IMG/VR virus record: IMGVR_UViG_3300037067_011079
Coordinates: 781-64,780 of that record
Length of the DNA stretch: 64,000 nucleotides
Origin: a virus
Lineage: Duplodnaviria > Caudoviricetes
Strand: one strand, 5' to 3'
Both the position numbers and the translations under genes were made by a program. How positions within the stretch are numbered: the stretch's first letter is position 1; the number at the start of each line of letters is the position of its first letter. Shown here one piece after another: positions 56,657 to 64,000 of the stretch. The notes beneath the pieces were generated by a model that ran no database searches, had not been told where the DNA came from, and was given only the letters and a program-made list of their open reading frames with translations.

Positions 56657-57452
56657 AACTTGGCCTCCCTGACGGCCTGCTCACAGACGGCAGATAGCTT
56701 TCGCTTGGCCGCCAATCGGCGGGCTTTCGTCTCTAGCTCTGGCGGGATGGATATGTGCGCTCGATAGGCGCGCTCCGAAAGAGGTTTGGCGGTTGGCATC
56801 AGGCCACCTCCATGAGCTGCGGCCCATGTGGCTGAACGAACTCCGAGTCCAGCCACCCCCAATCATACCCATATTCGTCCCCTGGATGACTTGCCAGGCG
56901 ATATATCAGATGATCCTGATATTCCATCCATCCATCTCCTCTCGGGGATGGAAGAAGTTTCTTTTCCGTCTGCGGGGTCAGGGCAAATGTTTTTATCAGC
57001 CCAGACCGATAGATCTCTCGATCTCGGCCAGACAGTTCCATCATTCTGTCATAATATTTTTTTGGAAATGCAGCAATGGGCGTTTTTCCATCTCCATATG
57101 AGATGGAGACGATCCAGGCGTATTTTCCAGTCCGCGCACCTTCGCAAAGAAACATGTTGCTGCCCATTGGACATATAGATTCCATTCTCGCCGCCATATT
57201 CGGCAGCGAGAGCAGGCTGTCTTCGGAGATAGCCATCTAGGCCACCTCCTCGACCCGCACATAATGACCCGTATTAGCCATGATCACGCGGGCCGCCTCA
57301 TTGAGCGCTCTGACATCGCCTTCCGGGACGCCGGAGTAATCCATTCGGGGGAGCCAGTCAAACCAGCTTTCCAGAGTGGCGATCATCTCAGCCCAGTTCT
57401 CTATTCTTTGTACCTCATTTCCATCTGATATTTTGTATGCCATTTTTCTCAA
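56653..57452 (-). CDS. Three small hypothetical genes (RHH-like in 56653-56862, 56799-57236, 57237-57452)
   Basis: HISIPPELETKARRL...VCEQAVRE RHH-like motif; GGAGG SD sites. Confidence 0.55.
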
Positions 57453-57571
57453 CCTCGCACTTCAGTATTACCCTATTAGTAGCCACGCATATATATACTT
57501 TACGCTAAAGATCTCCAGATCTACAGATATTTCAATATCACTTATATATCGAGACCGATCTATATCTATCT

Positions 57572-57946
57572 ATGAGATTATGCCTAGATGTAGACCAATC
57601 GCTAGCAGTAAGGTTGAAACGCTACTTGCTAGATCGCTGTGGAACGACCTATAAAGTTCAGCAAGAAGTCCTGCGCGAGGCATTGATCGAGTACTTAGAT
57701 CGAAATTCGATGGCCCCGCCCATGCATGAGAAGAGGTCCGAAAAAAGGGGAATTGGCGCACCAATTCCAGTCTCGCGCGAAGGCGAGACGAAGCGGCCAA
57801 GGATTCGCGATGATCCTATGCTGGTTAAGAAAATAGGCGCGATGATCGCAGATGGCAAGACCATCGCAGAGATTGCGAGGGAGATAGGATATTCGTGGAG
57901 CACGGTGAAAAGCTACCTACAACATGCCTCGCTGGAACGCATATAA
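57572..57946 (+). CDS. RHH plus C-terminal HTH regulator
   Basis: N-terminal LDVDQSL..RLK..VLREALIEYL; C-terminal GKTIAEIAREIGYSWSTVKSYL; TTATATA ~24 nt upstream. Confidence 0.75.
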   Translation: MRLCLDVDQSLAVRLKRYLLDRCGTTYKVQQEVLREALIEYLDRNSMAPPMHEKRSEKRGIGAPIPVSREGETKRPRIRDDPMLVKKIGAMIADGKTIAEIAREIGYSWSTVKSYLQHASLERI

Positions 57947-58609
57947 GCGGCTCATTTGGGCAGGCGTAAGCGCATAATCCAGCAGTTGCAGCTCATCCAT
58001 CGAGCATGTGGGCAGGTAGCCGACCGATAGCGGTGTATATCCGTCCACATAGGCCCCTCCGATGGAGCAACACCGATACGCTGCGCTGCTCCCGAATGTG
58101 GGAGTCACCGGATTCGGTTCTTCCGCATCCACTGCCCCGTCGACATAGATCCTGGCATAGCTATCGTCTCTGGTGGCTGCTATAAGATGCCATTTGCCAT
58201 CGTTTACGACCTTGGTTCCCGCCAGGATCAACGCCCAACTTGTCGATCCATCGCCCAAAATTAGCCTAACAATTCCAGACGACGTTTCGATATCATATCC
58301 ATAGAAATTCGAGCTAGAACTATTCACTTTTATCCCCGATGCCGTGAAAAGTATAGCTCTTCCTGAAGTATCCGTCCCTTTGTACCACAATATGACGGAA
58401 AATGCGGTGAGAAACAACGTGGCAATCAACGTCAGAGCGAACCGCGCCGTTCCATCGAAAACGGCGCATTTTCCGAATCTTCCGAAAGCGAACGTCACGC
58501 CTCCGCTATCGGTTCCGTCGTGACCGTTCCCGGAAGAATCGTTGCCATTGCTCTCGAAATGCCAAAGTCCCTCGCAGCCTTCATGTGGCCAATTGTATGC
58601 GCTACTCAT
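57917..58609 (-). CDS. LamG/concanavalin A-like domain protein (receptor-binding candidate)
   Basis: W.FESN.NDSSGNGHDG; GRFGK...FDG; VNDGKWHLIAAT..IYVDG; MDELQ...ALT. Confidence 0.85.
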   Translation of the reverse strand: MSSAYNWPHEGCEGLWHFESNGNDSSGNGHDGTDSGGVTFAFGRFGKCAVFDGTARFALTLIATLFLTAFSVILWYKGTDTSGRAILFTASGIKVNSSSSNFYGYDIETSSGIVRLILGDGSTSWALILAGTKVVNDGKWHLIAATRDDSYARIYVDGAVDAEEPNPVTPTFGSSAAYRCCSIGGAYVDGYTPLSVGYLPTCSMDELQLLDYALTPAQMSRLYAFQRGML

Positions 58610-59472
58610 TCCGTATACCGCCAGGCTACCGGCATCGACCAGATATAGATATACGCATCCGCTCCCGGTGTCGTTGCGTGCCCGCTGTCATAGTCGAGAG
58701 AAATCTTGCTTTTAGCGGCGACTGCAACCGTTGCCGTGGCCTCGGTTGCAGCAGCGGCTATTTCCGGCTTTGTGGCAAAGACTGAAGTCCCATCGTCATT
58801 GATATCCCAGACTCCTTTCGTGGTCGTCGGAGCAGTCTGGTAGACCACCACAGTCGAAAATACATAACGATCTTCCCGCCAGGACAGGATCTTCCCGATG
58901 TTGGTTTGTGCCGCGATAGGCATGTTGCCAGGAATGGTCCAGCAGTCCTCTTGTGCCCGATGAATGCAGTATTTCATGCCCGTAAAGCCTGCCGAAATGG
59001 TGTTACCTTTCAACTCGAAAGTAACATAATTGGCGGCATAAGAGGCTGAAATGATCTTCGCCGCTTGCCACCCGCCGCCCGACTTCTCCCAGGAGATGAT
59101 CGTTCCTGCCGAAAAGATCAGGTCGTAACCGTTCGCGTTGGAGGTGTCTACAATTCTGAAAGAAGTATCGGACACACGCGACGGCAGGCCCGGCATATCT
59201 GCCCATATCGTTTTTATGCCGCTCGCCCCATCCGTGCCTTTTTCGGCGTATAGACTCCAGTAGGCATTCTCTGTATCAGGATACGTGGGCGGATCGTTGC
59301 CAGTCGTCTCCTGGAGGGCATAGAACGCCCTCCCTCCGAAAATCGCCCCGTCGTTGGCGGCATACGTGGTTCCCGCTCCGTACTCTCCCTTCCAGCTCAA
59401 CGTGCCTCCTGGGATGCCTTGCGGGCCGATCAGGTTAGGGATATCTGATCTGAGGAGATATCGCTGTTGCAT
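58606..59472 (-). CDS. Tail fibre-like protein of module 2 with collagen-like and CBM-like segments
   Basis: Start MQQRYLLRS with GAGG SD; GPQGIPG; WKGEY.AGTTY.AND...YWSL. Confidence 0.6.
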   Translation of the reverse strand: MQQRYLLRSDIPNLIGPQGIPGGTLSWKGEYGAGTTYAANDGAIFGGRAFYALQETTGNDPPTYPDTENAYWSLYAEKGTDGASGIKTIWADMPGLPSRVSDTSFRIVDTSNANGYDLIFSAGTIISWEKSGGGWQAAKIISASYAANYVTFELKGNTISAGFTGMKYCIHRAQEDCWTIPGNMPIAAQTNIGKILSWREDRYVFSTVVVYQTAPTTTKGVWDINDDGTSVFATKPEIAAAATEATATVAVAAKSKISLDYDSGHATTPGADAYIYIWSMPVAWRYTE

Positions 59473-59479
59473 GGCTGCC

Positions 59480-60460
59480 TCAATATTCTGCAGCTTCGTA
59501 GTTCGCCACAGCACCGAGCAGCACAAAGGTCAGGTTCGCGGTAGCTGCGTCCTTGATTCGCACACGCAGGGCGTAGGTCTCCAGATCAGCGGCATATGCC
59601 TGTTCGCCGACTGGAATTGTTACGGTCGCTGTATGCGTTCCTGCTGCCATCCTTTCAGCATTTGTGTTATGGGCCGCGTCGTAGTCTTCGTTCGCGTCCC
59701 CAGCCAGAACACCCCCGGTTGGGGCAGATCCGTCCGCTCCGAGCGTCTGCTTCACAATGTGGAACAGTACAATATCGTTCGTGGTGTCTATCGTTCCTCC
59801 AACCGTGTAGTTCACCGTCACCGATTTTAGCTTCGCGCCCTTGCTCGCAGTATTCCTTTTCGGAAGCGGAATCGGCATCCGGTAATAATGATCGGCAACG
59901 GCGGCCGTCCGGGTCACGATCTGGATATCATCGCTCGCGCCCTCGGAGACCGTCCAGGTGCCGCCTATCGCGCCTGTAGTGCCCACAGTCCCGATGCCCC
60001 TGGCGATGTCGAGAGCTATCTGGTGATCGGTCTTCACTGCGACAATTCCGCCTGTCAGTGCCAGCGAGCCGGTGACTACCATATTCCCGGTCAGCATGTC
60101 GATGGATGCTCGGAGCGCAGACGCAGCATTGTCGTAGAACTGGAGCACGCCTGCAGCTAGCCGGATCAGGACGTCATTGGCGGATCCGTCGATCAGCCTC
60201 ATGTATGGAGCGGTATCGGTGGCCTTGAAATAGGTCGCATCGGCAACGCCTATCGTCACGTACTGCAAGGCTTTCCAGACAGTTGCCCAATTCGCGCCCA
60301 CTCCCGGTTCCGTGGCGGCTGATGCCGTATGACCAGTAGTACAGATGAATGACCCGGAATTTTGGGAAAGGTTACCCACCTCGTAGTCCTCGCCGGAAAC
60401 CCACGCGCCGCGATCCACTATTATGATTCCCTCTGATCTCAAAATATATTTAGTATCCAT
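59480..60460 (-). CDS. Tail fibre protein of module 2 with a CBM5/12-like module
   Basis: WVSGEDYEVG...FICTTGHTASAATEPGVGANWATVW. Confidence 0.65.
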   Translation of the reverse strand: MDTKYILRSEGIIIVDRGAWVSGEDYEVGNLSQNSGSFICTTGHTASAATEPGVGANWATVWKALQYVTIGVADATYFKATDTAPYMRLIDGSANDVLIRLAAGVLQFYDNAASALRASIDMLTGNMVVTGSLALTGGIVAVKTDHQIALDIARGIGTVGTTGAIGGTWTVSEGASDDIQIVTRTAAVADHYYRMPIPLPKRNTASKGAKLKSVTVNYTVGGTIDTTNDIVLFHIVKQTLGADGSAPTGGVLAGDANEDYDAAHNTNAERMAAGTHTATVTIPVGEQAYAADLETYALRVRIKDAATANLTFVLLGAVANYEAAEY

Positions 60461-60469
60461 ATATAAACC

Positions 60470-61636
60470 TCAATACCAAAACCGATCATTGTAGCAGGCT
60501 TGAACAAACCTGAGCTGGGTAGCAGCCGTACTTTCTACTCTGATTTTGAAAGTTTCGTCTGGATCGGCATAAGGAATCTTGCTCGGGGCCACATATCTGT
60601 GAACCGTCCCTTTCAGTGCCGATATAGCCACAGATCCGCTTGCAGCGGCCTTGATTCCGAAGGCGATATGCTCCTCCCCCTCAACATCCGGAACATAGAT
60701 GGTATTGGCCCCGACTACCAAATCATCATGATCTAGCTCTTCCATGTCGCCTAGATCTGTCTCTACTGCCTTCCAGATGGTCGCCCCATCGCCTGTTAGC
60801 GCATCGACTGTTAGCTCTATCTTGGCCGCCCCTGCCTCTCCTGAAACCTGTAACGGCCCATAGAACGGCATCATTACATAATCGGAATTGTCGAGTGTAA
60901 GTACGCCGCCAGATATCGATCCACCGGATGTTTTGGAATGGCAATCATAGGACAGGGATGCCATCGAGATTAGGGGCGAATCATACGAGTGCCAGACTTC
61001 GCCCCTCCATCCAAGCTCGAAAATATCCCCTCGGAGCATTTTCTCGCATAGAATTAGCTCCCTGTCGTGTTCTGCGCTAGATGCGCCCGGTGTGATCCTG
61101 ACGGATAGATCCTCGACATAGTCCGCTATCCGATCAGCCGATACCTGCATGTAGCTGATCGGTGCTCGCTCGTGGCCGGCGTTGGTCAAAAGATCGGAAA
61201 CGCTAGGTATAGGGGCCGTCCAAGTCATATCAATGCCCTGATCCGGCCCGTAAAGCCACGCCTCGCGGCAAGTGATTTCAGCAACGGCTTCGTAAAGATT
61301 CTTGTCAAGTGCCATGCCAGACGAAAGATACGCATGCGCCAGGGCAATGTAGCCCGCCCTGGTAGCGTCGAATGGGTAGAACTCAGACTCAGCCGGGGCA
61401 GTGTTCACTTCCTTCAGAAATGCTTCCAGAAGTTCCCTGTCCTTGGTTTTGATTGTTCGGATCTTGTATTTCTTGGCCGCTCTGCCTTTGCTTCTGACAT
61501 CGGCATAATTTCTACCAGGCACCTGAACTTCCTCGACTCCCTGCCCACCGCCTGAGGAGTCAACGCCTTCTGCAAAAATGATATCAGAGAAATCATATCC
61601 GTGGATTTGGCAGTAGGGAGTAACGTAAGTAGCCAT
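60470..61636 (-). CDS. Dit-like protein of module 2
   Basis: Paralogue of 1702..2844 (YC.IHG; NTAP..EF.PFD; LYG.D.GI; RGD.F.L; PFYGPL). Confidence 0.6.
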   Translation of the reverse strand: MATYVTPYCQIHGYDFSDIIFAEGVDSSGGGQGVEEVQVPGRNYADVRSKGRAAKKYKIRTIKTKDRELLEAFLKEVNTAPAESEFYPFDATRAGYIALAHAYLSSGMALDKNLYEAVAEITCREAWLYGPDQGIDMTWTAPIPSVSDLLTNAGHERAPISYMQVSADRIADYVEDLSVRITPGASSAEHDRELILCEKMLRGDIFELGWRGEVWHSYDSPLISMASLSYDCHSKTSGGSISGGVLTLDNSDYVMMPFYGPLQVSGEAGAAKIELTVDALTGDGATIWKAVETDLGDMEELDHDDLVVGANTIYVPDVEGEEHIAFGIKAAASGSVAISALKGTVHRYVAPSKIPYADPDETFKIRVESTAATQLRFVQACYNDRFWY

Positions 61637-61638
61637 TT

Positions 61639-63501
61639 TCAGCTCCTGACCCAAGCGTAAACTTTTCCCTTAAGTCTCTTCCAGGTGGCGTAGGTCACTT
61701 TCTGGGTGTTGAGCCCGCGCTTGATGTTGCTTCCTAGGATCGTTCGCTTCCACATCCTAACAGTTGTAGAAATGTCGAATGTTGGATGGTTGATGCATGC
61801 CGCGCCGGACCATTCACCGTTTTTCTGTACCCAAATGGCAATAGTGCTCGCCGATCCGTAATTGACATACCTGGTTATGTCGAGCCCGGAAATTTGATCA
61901 TTCAGAAGATAATGCCGAGGTTGACAGAAAATATTTTCCCCGCCATTAATCTGTACAAACACGGCGCATGATACCGGTTTCTCATCGGCAGTGATAGAAA
62001 TATCGAGCGTGACCCTATGCGACCAGTCCGATTCGTAAGCCTCCGCTGGAACCGTGATGCTTGCTGATGCGCCGCCACACACCCCGTGAGTAGTATCGCC
62101 TAATTGCAGATCGGTGCCGCTTGTGGTTATGGCCTTTCCGAACTCGACCAAATATTCATCCAAGTAGATTCTGTTCAAAGAATCTTTTGAGTTGAAAGCA
62201 TCGACCAGATCGCTCTTTCGACCGCCTATCTCCATTTCGTAGCCGCCTTTGCTATCGGTTTTGGCGCTGGCGACTTGCAGGAGTTTTTCGGATTCTCCCA
62301 CCAACCGCAATCTGATCATATCGTTAGGCTTTGGCTTGTGACCCCAATCAGGCGATGGTGAGACGGTGAACATTTCGTCGTCGAGCCGGATAGCGTATTC
62401 GGCGTCAATGTACGGCTTCAGGTTGCCCACAGCGTCTAAAAATCCTTCGTCCACATCTAAAGAATCTTCAATCCAGATTCCTTTCCACGAATGATCTGAG
62501 GGAGTATAGACGTGCTGCACATCCCTGCTGCCGTAGCCTAGTCCGATCAAGGCATGTACTCTCTGATCCTCATTGTAGCTTTGTGTGACTTCTTCTATAT
62601 TTTCCTCCGAAAGTGTAAATTCCGTCTCGACCGGCTCATCCAGACAGTCTAAATATGTATAATTTCTTTCGCGTCTAAACCTGGGATTGAGGCCGTAGAA
62701 CTCGGCGAGATCTATGAGGACATCCATTATTCTATCAAAATTCGTCTGGAAGTTGCCAGTCAAAAGGCTGCTAGCAAGGTCTATGTCCCCCATCCGAACG
62801 CCGGTGTCGTAGGCATTTTCTGCGAGCATCATAAATTTTGGGCCGAACCCGCCATTGAGCGCGGAATCGTCGAGCCGTACCCATAGGTCGTCGTCGGACC
62901 AACAAGATACATCGGTGCTGAGCAAATCCGCGAAGCTATCTACCCGAGGCAATAGAGTGCCTTCTGCATAGATATCAGCCGAACCGATTCGGCTATCCAG
63001 TCCAAGCCCGACTAGCTTGTATATCCAATCTGAGCCATAAGCCCACCAATCATATACAGGGACAGTAGGATCAATGACAGTGTTGCCATGCAGCGGTATC
63101 ATGGAGTTGGCGATGAAAAGCAGCCCGACGTTCCCGATTACGCCGTAAGAATCCGCTACCTGCGAAGGTGCATCGGACTGGAAAACCTGCCCAAGGTAGC
63201 GAGTGCTCGCCTGATATGCAAATCGACCAGTATAGCGCCGCAAAAGAAGGTCTTCCTCGCCTTTGCAAGTTAGCTCCCTGGTTCGGATGTTCTTGATCTT
63301 CGGACTCTTGACGTAGCCCCTAAAAAGGACTCTCCTGTTCTCTATTGCCACCACATGAGCATATCGCTGAATGGGAATGTTCCGGCTGCATTGAATAGAG
63401 AAGTCTGCTGCTCGATGTGCATCCTGATACTCCTTCAGGTTCCAGCTATCGGCCTCGATCTCGATCGGATCTTTCCCGGCATTCATGATGAGGATTTCCA
63501 T
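61639..63501 (-). CDS. Tail-tip hub-like protein of module 2
   Basis: Paralogue of 2841..4778 (FRGY; KG.E.LL..R; GLL..ANS; KLVG.G; AYDT..R.G; YTY.D). Confidence 0.65.
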   Translation of the reverse strand: MEILIMNAGKDPIEIEADSWNLKEYQDAHRAADFSIQCSRNIPIQRYAHVVAIENRRVLFRGYVKSPKIKNIRTRELTCKGEEDLLLRRYTGRFAYQASTRYLGQVFQSDAPSQVADSYGVIGNVGLLFIANSMIPLHGNTVIDPTVPVYDWWAYGSDWIYKLVGLGLDSRIGSADIYAEGTLLPRVDSFADLLSTDVSCWSDDDLWVRLDDSALNGGFGPKFMMLAENAYDTGVRMGDIDLASSLLTGNFQTNFDRIMDVLIDLAEFYGLNPRFRRERNYTYLDCLDEPVETEFTLSEENIEEVTQSYNEDQRVHALIGLGYGSRDVQHVYTPSDHSWKGIWIEDSLDVDEGFLDAVGNLKPYIDAEYAIRLDDEMFTVSPSPDWGHKPKPNDMIRLRLVGESEKLLQVASAKTDSKGGYEMEIGGRKSDLVDAFNSKDSLNRIYLDEYLVEFGKAITTSGTDLQLGDTTHGVCGGASASITVPAEAYESDWSHRVTLDISITADEKPVSCAVFVQINGGENIFCQPRHYLLNDQISGLDITRYVNYGSASTIAIWVQKNGEWSGAACINHPTFDISTTVRMWKRTILGSNIKRGLNTQKVTYATWKRLKGKVYAWVRS

Positions 63502-63603
63502 CTAGTCTACTCCCGCCAGATATTTCTTCGCCGGTGGCTCACGCTTCTTCCCTCGCTCTGTCTTGGTGGCTCGGGGCTTCTCTTCCTCGGTTTCTTCCGT
63601 CAT
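63502..63603 (-). CDS. 33 aa charged microprotein abutting hub 2
   Basis: TAG directly followed by the hub ATG. Confidence 0.35.
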   Translation of the reverse strand: MTEETEEEKPRATKTERGKKREPPAKKYLAGVD

Positions 63604-63634
63604 GATTATATCCTCAGAAATGTTACTTAGGATT

Positions 63635-64000
63635 ATGCTGAAAATCGTCGTACTTTTCTTGCTTGTCGCATCGGCCAGTGGCGCGGAAAACAATAGCAGC
63701 CAGGAAATAGAGGATTTGCAGGACTTGCTAAATTCCTACCATTTTATATATAAACCGCAAATAGACGTTTTCGACTGCGTGGATATGTCAGTCGCAGATT
63801 ATCGGTTTCTCAAATGTCATGGATACGAGTCCCTGATAGTGATTTTGGAAGACCACACCCTGCCCAACGGCACTCGCATAGAGCACAGCGTCGCTTTGGC
63901 CCGCCTGTCTGGTGGGTGGGCAGGCGTTGAAACCAAGACATCTGTAATCGATACCACCAAGTCTATAGGATCCGTAATCGGCATTGACCCGGCCTATATA
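63635..64000 (+). CDS. Partial secreted transglutaminase-like (papain-fold) cysteine protease
   Basis: Not in the ORF track. Signal peptide MLKIVVLFLLVASASG; FDCVDMS...HGY...EHSVA...W.GVE; open to the window end. Confidence 0.65.
   Translation, partial: MLKIVVLFLLVASASGAENNSSQEIEDLQDLLNSYHFIYKPQIDVFDCVDMSVADYRFLKCHGYESLIVILEDHTLPNGTRIEHSVALARLSGGWAGVETKTSVIDTTKSIGSVIGIDPAYI

Larger units (their letters stand above)
1..64000. mobile_element. Archaeal head-tailed virus or provirus genome, probably incomplete or circularly permuted
   Basis: TerL, portal, scaffold, HK97-type capsid, tail tube and tape measure genes occur together with PCNA, TATA promoters and a BHB-intron tRNA; both window ends cut through genes. 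Confidence 0.95.

Noticed and set aside
59472-59526. ORF-track start MCCSVL as a third MCC-tag protein
   Set aside because: No Gly-rich tag follows, and the SD-supported start is MQQ at 59472.
1-64000. Integrase/att sites, CRISPR array, reverse transcriptase/DGR, invertase for the tail modules
   Set aside because: No such catalytic motifs, repeat-spacer arrays or TR/VR pairs were seen; they could lie outside the window.

Overview
The whole 64 kb window reads as the genome, or most of the genome, of an archaeal head-tailed virus or provirus (Caudoviricetes-like, siphovirus-type). The archaeal assignment rests on a PCNA sliding clamp, BRE/TATA promoters, a tRNA with a bulge-helix-bulge intron and archaeal-type RHH/wHTH regulators. 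A methanogen host (Methanosarcinales/Methanothrix-like) is my inference only. The minus strand from 33.7 kb leftwards carries terminase, portal, scaffold, major capsid, head-tail, two tail-tube paralogues, chaperone, tape measure and a tail-tip module, split by a ~10 kb accessory block. The centre carries a helicase, HNH nuclease, methyltransferase, PCNA, recombination and replication genes and many small regulators. The right end carries a second, paralogous tail-tip module, which suggests a circular genome opened in the tail region. I found no integrase, DNA polymerase, reverse transcriptase or CRISPR array. The best candidates for new biology are: (1) a radical SAM enzyme translationally coupled to one of two proteins that share the N-terminal tag MCCGGSGGSKSGGGGG; (2) a ~1.1 kb locus of heavily structured RNA flanking an Sm-like ORF and ending in an intron-containing tRNA, plus a second aberrant tRNA-like RNA; (3) two complete alternative tail-tip modules. 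All family names come from motif recognition by eye; no database searches were run.
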